Assembly (NCBI GenBank): GCA_039804625.1
Contig: JBDLVT010000006.1
Location: 7,159 to 71,158 of the forward strand
From: Bacteroidota bacterium
GTDB taxonomy: Bacteria; Bacteroidota; Bacteroidia; Flavobacteriales_D; Crocinitomicaceae
Length of the DNA stretch: 64,000 nt
Reading direction: 5' to 3'
Shown here: piece after piece, positions 9,488 to 17,755 of the stretch
Position numbering within the stretch: the stretch's first letter is position 1
How the letters are laid out: each line of letters starts with the position of its first letter
Program-made: the position numbers and the translations under genes
The notes under the pieces: model-generated
Told to the model about the DNA's origin: nothing
Seen by the model: the letters and a program-made list of their open reading frames with translations, nothing else
The model's database searches: none

Positions 9488-10502
9488 GCAAAACCATATT
9501 GACCGCTGGCTAGCAGCGCGCAAAAATCAGCGTGCGCAGCGCAATGAAATGCAGTTGCTCGCTGGTCTGTCTAGTGGCTCGCGCGCCGCTTTAGGACAGG
9601 CTATTACACTCATCGAAAGCAGTAAAGCTTCCGATCAATTCCTCGCCCAACAACTCTTGCGCGCGCTGCCTGCACCCACTCAAGTTGCAAAACGCATTGG
9701 CATAACCGGTGTGCCGGGCGTTGGTAAAAGTACTTTCATAGAAAACTTCGGGCTCCAATTGGTAGCGCAAGGGCATAAAGTGGCAGTTTTGGCCATAGAC
9801 CCTTCTTCTTCGCGCACCGGTGGTAGCATCCTCGGCGACAAAACCCGCATGGAGCGCCTTTCTCAAGAGCTCAACGTCTTTATTCGGCCGAGCGCCGCAG
9901 GCCGTACACTTGGCGGTGTTGCCAAAAATACCCGCGAGGCAATTGCACTCTGCGAAGCGGCTGGCTATGACATCATCTTAGTAGAAACGGTAGGAGTAGG
10001 GCAGTCAGAAACTATCGTGCATGGCATGGTCGATTTCTTTTTACTCCTGATGTTGGCTGGTGCCGGCGATGAGTTGCAAGGCATCAAGCGCGGCATCATG
10101 GAACTTGCCGACACCATTGTAATCAACAAGGCAGACGGTACCAACGAAGCCGCAGCCAAAGCGGCGCGCTCAGAATACGCAGGCGCGCTCCATGTTTTTA
10201 GCCAAAGACCAGACCAATGGCAACCCCGTGTACTCTGCACCTCAGGCCTAACTGGCTTGGGGCTTACCGAACTTTGGGCTCAAATAGAGGCCTATTTCGT
10301 GCACATGCAATTCAATGGAATGCTGCAACAAAAAAGAAAAGAACAAGAACTGATTCTATTTGAGCAATTGCTGAGCGATTTTTTGCAGCATAGGTTCTTT
10401 GCTACTCCAGGCCAAAAAGAAAAAATTATCCAGCTGAAAGCTTCAATTGCTAGCGGAAACCTCCTTGCCTACGAGGCTTGCACAGCATTGTTTGCATCAT
10501 AA
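9477..10502 (+). CDS. meaB: MeaB/ArgK-type G3E GTPase (methylmalonyl-CoA mutase-associated family)
   Basis: P-loop GITGVPGVGKSTFIE, DIILVETVGVGQSE, INKADG. The ORF opens with TTG 9477. ATG 9549 (MQLLAGLSSG..) is an alternative start. Confidence 0.85.
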   Translation: MNPEQNHIDRWLAARKNQRAQRNEMQLLAGLSSGSRAALGQAITLIESSKASDQFLAQQLLRALPAPTQVAKRIGITGVPGVGKSTFIENFGLQLVAQGHKVAVLAIDPSSSRTGGSILGDKTRMERLSQELNVFIRPSAAGRTLGGVAKNTREAIALCEAAGYDIILVETVGVGQSETIVHGMVDFFLLLMLAGAGDELQGIKRGIMELADTIVINKADGTNEAAAKAARSEYAGALHVFSQRPDQWQPRVLCTSGLTGLGLTELWAQIEAYFVHMQFNGMLQQKRKEQELILFEQLLSDFLQHRFFATPGQKEKIIQLKASIASGNLLAYEACTALFAS

Positions 10503-10515
10503 AAGAAGTAATTCT

Positions 10516-13500
10516 TTAGTACTTTAGCAACTTGAAATTTGTCAATACTTCGTTGTTCTTGATAACCCGCAAGATATAAATAGCGGATCTTACTTCCGGA
10601 AGCACAATAGTTGTTTCTAACTCGCTGTTATTTACACTTCCTGCAACTACTTTTCGTCCACTCAAATCATAGATTTCATAGGAGCATCCTAGCGCTTGTG
10701 TTTTGTTGTTGTGTGTCAAGATGAAAGTGCCGTTAGATGGGTTAGGAGCGATGCTGAAATTGATGTCAGGGCCATCTGGAGGTAGGGGCACTACTTTGAA
10801 AACAGCAGTAAAGGTCTGGTTTGACAGTGTTACGTTGACGTCAAGACTATCAACTAAAGTATCGTTGATGCTACTATTGGGCAACCAATGAGAAAATATA
10901 TAGCCAGGCTTGGCGACAGGCTGCATTTGAATGGGCACGCCGTCAAAATAAGTTCCAGCCCAAGGGTAGCTTGTTGGCTGAATTGTGTTGAGGTGGATCT
11001 CTCCAGCCATTTCAGGGTAGACTTCCAGATTGATCTGAACTTTTTTAGTTAAGTTAAATTGAGAGAGCAATTGATTGAAAACAAAAGCAGAACGACACGT
11101 CAATTGGTCTTGGAATATTTGATGGTTCTGTTCAAAAGTTGCCATCTGACCAGCAATGTTGTTGGGGTCGCCCCAGCGGGCAAACTGCTGCGGCATTTCG
11201 GGCAGCATCGATTCGTAAAACCCTTGTTCGGTGGCTAGTAATTTTTCTTGGCGGTAGCTGGTGTTCATTTGGTCTGCGAAGCGATTAATGAAATAGTTTC
11301 GGTAGGTCAGATTCTGAATGCTTTGTTTCCAGATATTGATGTAAGGGTTGTCTTCGGATTGCCCCATCATGTAGGCGATGTGGTTATCAGCGCAGTTGGT
11401 CCAGCCGTTGGGTTGCATGGATAGCTCAAGGTCGATGAGCGCAAAGCGCCAACGCTTTTGGCTGGCATCTGAGCGGTAAATTTTGATGTTGTTGCCTGGC
11501 CAGTCTACGTTGCCCATCCAAGACTCCGCAACGATGTAATCGGTGTAGTGCTTGAGGTCAAAATATTGGTCGGCATCTTGCCAATAAGTTGGCGACGACG
11601 GGTCGAGGGCATTGAAGTTGCTGTAGTCTGACCAAAAATGATCTACGTCGCCTTCTACAGCACGCAAGATGAGATTGTACCAATAACTGAGAGAGAGCAG
11701 CTCGATAGAGTCGCGGGTGGCGTTATCGTGTTGTTCGAAGAATTCCTGGTTGTATTTTTCACGAAGTTCGTAAAGCCCAAAATAAGCGCCGTTGATATAG
11801 ACACTGACTGGCCGATAACTAGAATAGTAATTGGATGAACCTTCGCTCATCATCCGCACCTGACATGCGTCTTTGTAAGGCAAATTGAGGTATTGATTGG
11901 AGCCATTGCGCAAATAAATATCGCTGTATAGCGCTCTGTTTGGTCTGTCGGGCAAGAGTGGGAACGCTATGGGTTTGTCTCCAAAGGCTCCATCTGTAAA
12001 GCTCAAACGAAAGGAATGTTGTGGTTGTGAGCGACTGCCGCCTGCCCCGCCATCCATTCTTAGTGCTGTTTTGGTTTGATGCAGTATGGGGTGTGCTTGC
12101 CCTGTATCTAAAAGCACCACATAAGCCGGCTTGACCCAGTCGGACCACCAGTTGTCAAAAATACCGGTAGCACCAAAAAGGTTTTCGTTGGGCGTATTGA
12201 CCAATAGAATGGGCGTAGTGTGCGAGACCCCAAAAAGATAGGTGGCAACGGCTTGCTCACTAGGTAATAAGGTATTGTTATTCAAAGGAAAGACTTTTGC
12301 GCGCAAAACTTGGTTGCTACTAACTGATATTGGGCCAACATAAGTGGCAGAATTGAAACTGGGGTCTTGGCCGTTGATGGTATAAACGAGCTTGCCAACA
12401 GTAGTTGGTATATTCGTTGAGATTTGCACACTTTGCATTCCATTGTAAATCCCACTTGCCAAACTAATTTGGGGGCGCGGTAGGGTATCTGAAAATAATT
12501 GACTGCCATTGTTGCTAGCACCAGGGCTAGGATTGATCCAAGTGAGATTTGAACTTCCGTTTGGAAAGCGACCAATCGAAACATCTATCTGAGGGCTGCT
12601 AATTTCTAATTGGTCCTGAAGTTGATTGCTTGCGTTAAAGAGGTAGACAGACTCACCATTACCACTTAATTTAAAATTGGTATGGAATTGCTGACCTTGA
12701 AGCGGTATAAAACTCGCGTCCAGCGAAGTGAGTGTGGTATGGTTGAGCGCGATGTCAATGTAGTCGTAAAATTCTCCGTTAGTACTGGCTACTTGAAAAG
12801 AAAGAGAGGATATGGGGCCCGCATTCAATCCGGCTGCTTGCAATTCACTTGCCAGGATTAAAAACTGATGTCGGGCGCCCCAGTACCAATTGCCGTATGG
12901 AGCTGGGTAGTCTGTGGTGTTATTTGTAATGGTTCCATTGCCGATTACGGCATTATTGAGTTTTATATTTGGTCTTTGGCTATATGTTTGTCCTAAATTA
13001 TTGCTGCAGGCTGCTGGTGAACCGTCTATAAAACTCCCAACACTAGAAACAAACGGTGTGGCACTTTGATAAAACACCGAATTTTCTGTGTAGCCTGTAC
13101 TATTATATGAACAGACATTAATGATGATATTTGAGCTGCCGTCCCAAATGAAATTTTGTACAAATGGATGGGTATTCCAGCCAATACTTGGATTGAAATT
13201 CGCTGTATTATTTGTTGAGATAAACGGGACGCTAGCATAACGGTTTTTGCCACTGCAAAAGACACGTAAAAAAGATTGAGCCGTTAAATTGACATTTGGA
13301 AAAACCCATGCATTGATGCCATTCAGCTGGTCGGATAGCTTCCAATTTGCAAGATTGACTGGGCTGGAGCTATTATTGTAAAGTTCTATCCAGTCGGACG
13401 CATCGCCATTTTCATCTATTTCGGCAAACGCATTTTTGTTGCAACCTTCGTTGAGCAATACTTGCGCATCCACAGACCCTAGAAAGCATAAAATGACTAT

Positions 13501-13518
13501 AATTTGAAAAAATCTCAC
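10516..13518 (-). CDS. Secreted CotH kinase-family protein with N-terminal lamin-tail (LTD) domain and T9SS type A C-terminal sorting domain
   Basis: GTG start directly followed by signal peptide MRFFQIIVILCFLGSVDAQ. LTD-like segment: LLNEGCNKN..DWIELYNNSSSPVNLANWKLSD. CotH-like core: ..YLRNGSNQYLNLPYKDACQVRMM..VSVYINGAYFGLYELREKYNQEF... C-terminus: APNPSNGTFILT...YEIYDLSGRKV...IYILRVIKNNEVLTNFKLLKY. Confidence 0.85.
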   Translation of the reverse strand: MRFFQIIVILCFLGSVDAQVLLNEGCNKNAFAEIDENGDASDWIELYNNSSSPVNLANWKLSDQLNGINAWVFPNVNLTAQSFLRVFCSGKNRYASVPFISTNNTANFNPSIGWNTHPFVQNFIWDGSSNIIINVCSYNSTGYTENSVFYQSATPFVSSVGSFIDGSPAACSNNLGQTYSQRPNIKLNNAVIGNGTITNNTTDYPAPYGNWYWGARHQFLILASELQAAGLNAGPISSLSFQVASTNGEFYDYIDIALNHTTLTSLDASFIPLQGQQFHTNFKLSGNGESVYLFNASNQLQDQLEISSPQIDVSIGRFPNGSSNLTWINPSPGASNNGSQLFSDTLPRPQISLASGIYNGMQSVQISTNIPTTVGKLVYTINGQDPSFNSATYVGPISVSSNQVLRAKVFPLNNNTLLPSEQAVATYLFGVSHTTPILLVNTPNENLFGATGIFDNWWSDWVKPAYVVLLDTGQAHPILHQTKTALRMDGGAGGSRSQPQHSFRLSFTDGAFGDKPIAFPLLPDRPNRALYSDIYLRNGSNQYLNLPYKDACQVRMMSEGSSNYYSSYRPVSVYINGAYFGLYELREKYNQEFFEQHDNATRDSIELLSLSYWYNLILRAVEGDVDHFWSDYSNFNALDPSSPTYWQDADQYFDLKHYTDYIVAESWMGNVDWPGNNIKIYRSDASQKRWRFALIDLELSMQPNGWTNCADNHIAYMMGQSEDNPYINIWKQSIQNLTYRNYFINRFADQMNTSYRQEKLLATEQGFYESMLPEMPQQFARWGDPNNIAGQMATFEQNHQIFQDQLTCRSAFVFNQLLSQFNLTKKVQINLEVYPEMAGEIHLNTIQPTSYPWAGTYFDGVPIQMQPVAKPGYIFSHWLPNSSINDTLVDSLDVNVTLSNQTFTAVFKVVPLPPDGPDINFSIAPNPSNGTFILTHNNKTQALGCSYEIYDLSGRKVVAGSVNNSELETTIVLPEVRSAIYILRVIKNNEVLTNFKLLKY

Positions 13519-13671
13519 AAGCGAAATTACAAAAAATAAATCCTTTAGATTCCGGGGTTTTCAAATCAATAAAAAACACTCTTTTACAGAGACGAACTGA
13601 ATGTCTTTAAGCAAAATTCCATCTTCTCTTTAGGTTTCGAAAAAATAGAAACCTATGGTAATCCGATGGGA

Positions 13672-14295
13672 TTAAAAGTTTTTAAGGATGATTTTGTTGC
13701 GCAATAATTTGATTTCGCCCTTTGTCTCAAGTTGCTTTAGTAGTCTTGAAATGACTACTCTTGAAGAATGTAGGTCGTCGGCTACTTGTTGGTGGGTATG
13801 GTTGATTTCCACACTACCGAGAATTTTAGCCTGGTCATAAAGGTATTTGAGTAAGCGCTGGTCTAAGTTCATAAAGGCGATGGCATCGATAGAATCCATC
13901 AGTTCTAGCATGCGCGTATGGTAGCTGTCTAAAATGAATTGGCGCCAAGATTTATAGTGGTCTAGCCAGCGCTCCATGAATTCTGAAGGGAACATCAAGA
14001 GCAAGGAGGGCTCCATGGAGGTGGCCTTAATTTGCGAGTCAATTTTTCGGGTACAACACTGCAAGGATATTGCGCAAGTATCTCCGCCTTCCATATAATA
14101 AAGCAGCAATTCGTTTCCGTTTTCGTTTTCTCGAGAAATTTTAATGGAGCCTTCAATGACAATCGGAATCATTTGCAATTGATCGCCCACATGGACCACC
14201 ACCTCGTCAGTTTCAGTTTCTCGAATTATGGCTACTTCAGCCATTTCTTCCAACAAGGACGCTTCTAGCATATAGCCCAAATGAGCCTGCAGCAT
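13672..14295 (-). CDS. Crp/Fnr family transcriptional regulator
   Basis: cNMP-binding-like N-domain and C-terminal HTH (HQQVADDLHSSRVVISRLLKQLETKGEIKL). Start placed at ATG 14295 (MLQAHLGY..), just after the upstream DUF983 stop. The longer ORF from 14433 would overlap that gene by 130 nt. Confidence 0.8.
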   Translation of the reverse strand: MLQAHLGYMLEASLLEEMAEVAIIRETETDEVVVHVGDQLQMIPIVIEGSIKISRENENGNELLLYYMEGGDTCAISLQCCTRKIDSQIKATSMEPSLLLMFPSEFMERWLDHYKSWRQFILDSYHTRMLELMDSIDAIAFMNLDQRLLKYLYDQAKILGSVEINHTHQQVADDLHSSRVVISRLLKQLETKGEIKLLRNKIILKNF

Positions 14296-14302
14296 TTTAA
14301 GT

Positions 14303-14668
14303 TTACTTTCGGCCCTTAGCATCCTTGTTGTACTTGATAAACATATTGGCCCAAATGATTTTGGAGAGCGCAAATAAGTAAGGAGATAGTACAATTGTAA
14401 AGAAGACAACCAGACCAATCTGACTCCAGGCACTGAGCCAAGGAAACCAAAGGTTGCAAGAAGTCCAGATTGTCACAAATAAGGCGACTCCTAAAGCGTA
14501 AGAGACGTACATGGCGCCGTAATAAAAACCGGGCTCGCGCTCGTATTTCAAATGACATACATCGCATTCCGTCTTGACATCGCCCAAATATTTAAAATCA
14601 TAAGGGTGAGAAACCAAGAATTGACCTTCGTTGCATTGCGGACATTTCATCTTGGCAATGCTATACAT
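14303..14668 (-). CDS. DUF983-like small membrane protein with N-terminal zinc-ribbon
   Basis: CPQCNEG...CDVCHLKY Cys pairs followed by two hydrophobic helices. The start is ambiguous (ATG at 14692, 14668 or 14650). Confidence 0.6.
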   Translation of the reverse strand: MYSIAKMKCPQCNEGQFLVSHPYDFKYLGDVKTECDVCHLKYEREPGFYYGAMYVSYALGVALFVTIWTSCNLWFPWLSAWSQIGLVVFFTIVLSPYLFALSKIIWANMFIKYNKDAKGRK

Positions 14669-14743
14669 TTTTGTTCCTTTTCCAAATATCATAAACCAAA
14701 GTTACATGCTTTATCAGTGTAATTACGTAACCTATGTTACCAA

Positions 14744-14760
14744 TGTCAGCAAAACTGACA
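14744..14760. promoter_or_regulatory. Candidate operator palindrome TGTCAG-N5-CTGACA in the crp-family/dnaK divergent intergenic region
   Basis: Perfect 6-5-6 inverted repeat read directly from the sequence. It is CRP/FNR-like in geometry (TGTGA-N6-TCACA class) and lies next to a Crp/Fnr-family gene. Confidence 0.25.
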
Positions 14761-14868
14761 AAAAGACATTTGGAAAGGCGTGAAATAGATCAAAATGTCA
14801 TAAAAGACCAGCTTTTTTCTGCTGGCACAATACTTGACAAAACCTAGTATCAAAAATTAAAAAATAAA

Positions 14869-16770
14869 ATGGGAAAAATAATCGGAATCGACCTCGGAAC
14901 AACCAACTCTTGTGTTTCGGTCATGGAAGGCAATGAACCAGTTGTCATTGCCAACGCAGAAGGTAAGCGCACCACACCTTCAGTAGTTGCTTTTGTTGAG
15001 GGCGGCGAACGCAAAGTCGGTGACCCAGCGAAAAGACAAGCTATCACCAACCCAACCAAAACCATCTCTTCTATCAAACGCTTTATGGGCTCTAGCTTCG
15101 ACGAATCTTCGAAAGAAGTTTCGCGCATGCCGTATCAAGTAGTTAAAGGCGACAACAACACGCCGCGCGTCAAAATAGACGACAGAATGTATTCTCCGCA
15201 AGAGATCTCTGCCATGATCCTTCAAAAAATGAAGAAGACAGCAGAAGACTACCTCGGGCAAGAAGTTACGGAAGCAGTTGTTACGGTGCCGGCATACTTC
15301 AACGATGCACAGCGCCAAGCTACCAAAGAAGCAGGCGAAATCGCGGGTCTTACTATCAAGCGCATCATCAACGAGCCAACTGCAGCCGCACTTGCTTACG
15401 GCCTCGATAAAAAAGGCATTGACCAAAAAATCGTTGTTTTTGACTTCGGTGGAGGAACCCACGACGTCTCTGTCCTTGAATTAGGTGACGGCGTATTCGA
15501 AGTATTGGCTACAGATGGCGACACCCACCTCGGTGGCGACGACGTCGATGAAGCCATCATCACTTGGTTGGCAGAAGAATTCAAAGCAGAAGAAGGCCTC
15601 GATCTACGTCAAGATCCAATGGCACTTCAACGCTTGAAAGAAGCAGCAGAAAAAGCAAAAATCGAGTTGTCTTCTACAACATCAACAGAAATCAACTTGC
15701 CATACATCATGCCGGTAAATGGCATTCCTAAGCACTTAGTGCGCACTATGCAACGCGCCAAATTCGAGCAACTTATTTCGAGCATCGTGGAGCGCACCAT
15801 TGCGCCTTGCCGTTCAGCGCTTTCAAACGCGGGCTTGCAGCCATCAGACATCGACGAAGTGATCCTCGTTGGTGGTTCTACACGTATTCCAATCATCCAA
15901 GAAGCCGTTGAGCGTTTCTTTGGCAAAGCGCCTTCTAAAGGTGTGAACCCGGATGAAGTAGTTGCTGTTGGTGCCGCTATTCAAGGTGGTGTCCTTACAG
16001 GTGAAGTCAAAGATGTTTTATTGTTAGATGTCATTCCACTTTCTTTAGGAATCGAAACAATGGGCGGTGTATTCACCAAACTCATCGACGCCAACACCAC
16101 TATTCCAACCAAAAAATCAGAAGTGTTCTCTACTGCTGCCGACAACCAGCCTTCAGTAGAAATCCACGTGTTGCAAGGTGAGCGCGCCATGGCCAATGAC
16201 AACAAAACACTTGGTCGTTTCCAACTTACCGACATTCCGCCTGCACAGCGCGGTGTGCCGCAAATCGAGGTAACTTTCGATATCGATGCAAACGGCATCA
16301 TGAACATCTCTGCCAAAGACAAAGGAACTGGCAAGCTCCAATCCATTAAAATTGAAGCCTCTAGCGGTTTGTCTGACGAAGAAATCCAACGCATGAAAGC
16401 GGAGGCTGAAGCCAATGCAGACGCCGACAACAAGCGCCGCGAAGAAGCCGAGATGGTCAACAAAGCAGACTCTCTTATTTTTCAAACAGAGCGTCAGTTG
16501 AAAGAATACGGTGACAAAATCCCTGCCGATAAAAAGCAACCAATCGAAGATGCTTTGGCAGCACTCAAAACGGAGTTTGAAGCCAAAAATATGGCCAATC
16601 TTCAGCCTGCCATGGACCGCCTCAACGAAGTATTTAGCGCAGCGTCACAAGACATGTACAACGCTTCGAACGACCAAGGTGCGGCTTCAGATCAAGGTGC
16701 GGACTCCGGATCCGGTTCAGCGCAAGACGAAGTCACAGATGTCGACTTCGAAGAAGTAAAAGATAAATAA
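14869..16770 (+). CDS. dnaK: Molecular chaperone DnaK (Hsp70)
   Basis: [41 protein letters not shown], with an acidic C-terminal tail. Confidence 0.98.
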   Translation: MGKIIGIDLGTTNSCVSVMEGNEPVVIANAEGKRTTPSVVAFVEGGERKVGDPAKRQAITNPTKTISSIKRFMGSSFDESSKEVSRMPYQVVKGDNNTPRVKIDDRMYSPQEISAMILQKMKKTAEDYLGQEVTEAVVTVPAYFNDAQRQATKEAGEIAGLTIKRIINEPTAAALAYGLDKKGIDQKIVVFDFGGGTHDVSVLELGDGVFEVLATDGDTHLGGDDVDEAIITWLAEEFKAEEGLDLRQDPMALQRLKEAAEKAKIELSSTTSTEINLPYIMPVNGIPKHLVRTMQRAKFEQLISSIVERTIAPCRSALSNAGLQPSDIDEVILVGGSTRIPIIQEAVERFFGKAPSKGVNPDEVVAVGAAIQGGVLTGEVKDVLLLDVIPLSLGIETMGGVFTKLIDANTTIPTKKSEVFSTAADNQPSVEIHVLQGERAMANDNKTLGRFQLTDIPPAQRGVPQIEVTFDIDANGIMNISAKDKGTGKLQSIKIEASSGLSDEEIQRMKAEAEANADADNKRREEAEMVNKADSLIFQTERQLKEYGDKIPADKKQPIEDALAALKTEFEAKNMANLQPAMDRLNEVFSAASQDMYNASNDQGAASDQGADSGSGSAQDEVTDVDFEEVKDK

Positions 16771-16797
16771 GTCACGTTATTTATATAATTCACGAAA

Positions 16798-16828
16798 ACA
16801 CCCGTTTTGAACGGGTGTTTTTTTATTT
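16798..16828 (+). terminator. Intrinsic terminator of dnaK
   Basis: Stem ACACCCGTT (16798..16806) / AACGGGTGT (16810..16818) preceded by AAAA and followed by TTTTTTATTTTT, 28 nt after the dnaK stop. Confidence 0.8.
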
Positions 16829-16831
16829 TTG
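16824..16831 (+). promoter_or_regulatory. Candidate -7 box TATTTTTG, 3 nt upstream of the hydrolase ATG
   Basis: Exact TAnnTTTG formed by the T-tract of the dnaK terminator. ATG at 16835. Confidence 0.35.
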
Positions 16832-16834
16832 CAC

Positions 16835-17614
16835 ATGCTCTACTCTAAGTCTTTTTTGCACCGCAGCTCTGATCAATGGGTTGTGTTTGTCCATGGGGCA
16901 GGAGGGAGCTCCTCTATTTGGCACAAACAACTCAAAGATTTTTGTGAGCGCCACAACGTCTTGGTGCTAGATTTAAGAGGTCATGGCAAGAGCCAAAAAG
17001 TCAGTGCCTACAATCAAAAATATTCTTTTGAACTCATTGCGTCGGATGTCATTGAACTACTCGATCAAAAAGGAATCGAACAAGCGCATTTTGTAGGGGT
17101 TTCTTTGGGTTCTATTGTTATCAAATCCTTGCGTGCCCAACGACCAGATTTAGTCAGAAGCATGATCTTTGCTGGCGCGGTCACCAAACTCAATGTGCGT
17201 TCGCGCCTCATTTTGCGCATGGGCCGCATGCTCTATAGCTTTTTACCTCAAATGTCTTTGTATCAACTCATGGCGCGCATCATGATGCCGCGTGCCAATC
17301 ACAAAGAATCGCGTCACTTGTTTATCAATGAGGCTAAAAAAGTGATGGACAAAGAATTTCAACGTTGGTTCAAGCTAACTGCTCGGCTCACTGCCTACCT
17401 CACGCGCATCAATGCTGCTCCCGAAACCATTCCAACCCTTTATGTGATGGGTGCGCAAGACCACATGTTTTTGAATCCGGTCAAAGTACTCGTAGGGCAA
17501 GACAAAGCCTCAGAGCTCCACGTTGTTCCCGAATGCGGTCATGTGGTCAACTACGAACAAGCCGAGGCCTTTAATCATTTCGCCTTACAATTTATCTCGC
17601 GCCACTGCGCATGA
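16835..17614 (+). CDS. Alpha/beta hydrolase
   Basis: HGAGGSSSIW oxyanion region, nucleophile elbow GVSLGS and C-terminal ECGHVV. ATG 16835 preferred over the TTG at 16829. Confidence 0.75.
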   Translation: MLYSKSFLHRSSDQWVVFVHGAGGSSSIWHKQLKDFCERHNVLVLDLRGHGKSQKVSAYNQKYSFELIASDVIELLDQKGIEQAHFVGVSLGSIVIKSLRAQRPDLVRSMIFAGAVTKLNVRSRLILRMGRMLYSFLPQMSLYQLMARIMMPRANHKESRHLFINEAKKVMDKEFQRWFKLTARLTAYLTRINAAPETIPTLYVMGAQDHMFLNPVKVLVGQDKASELHVVPECGHVVNYEQAEAFNHFALQFISRHCA

Positions 17615-17693
17615 TTGCCATTTAATTAACATTGGCAAGTCAGATTGTTAAAAAACAATCCTGCTCCATTGCCGCTATCGACCGAATTTAACT

Positions 17694-17701
17694 TAAATTT
17701 G
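17694..17701 (+). promoter_or_regulatory. Candidate -7 box TAAATTTG for carB
   Basis: Exact TAnnTTTG with a TTG 22 nt upstream (17669..17671). 54 nt upstream of ATG 17756. Confidence 0.45.
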
Positions 17702-17755
17702 TGCTCAATTTGCAGCGAAGGTTTCGCTCAAAGAAACTAGTAAATTGAAGCCCTT

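Noticed and set aside
9477-10502. MeaB as a marker of a methylmalonyl-CoA mutase operon.
   Set aside because: No mutase subunit is present in the window. It is treated as an orphan G3E GTPase and is mentioned only under the bshA-elbB finding.
14980-16539. Long antisense ORFs inside dnaK (14980..15462, 15627..15926, 15981..16463, 16153..16539). Similar ones lie inside carB (18190..18534, 19274..19681, 20219..20560), the polyprenyl synthase (20955..21479), dnaG (22050..22490, 23211..23753) and elsewhere.
   Set aside because: They lie wholly within strongly supported genes. Their translations are low-complexity or Ser/Arg/Leu-rich without motifs, and they are the expected stop-poor shadow frames of codon-biased genes.
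17714-17737. Two mutually exclusive short hairpins in the carB leader (AGCGAA/TTCGCT and GTTTC/GAAAC) as a possible pyrimidine attenuator.
   Set aside because: The stems are only 5-6 bp, with no U-tract and no leader peptide. This is indistinguishable from chance without comparative data.
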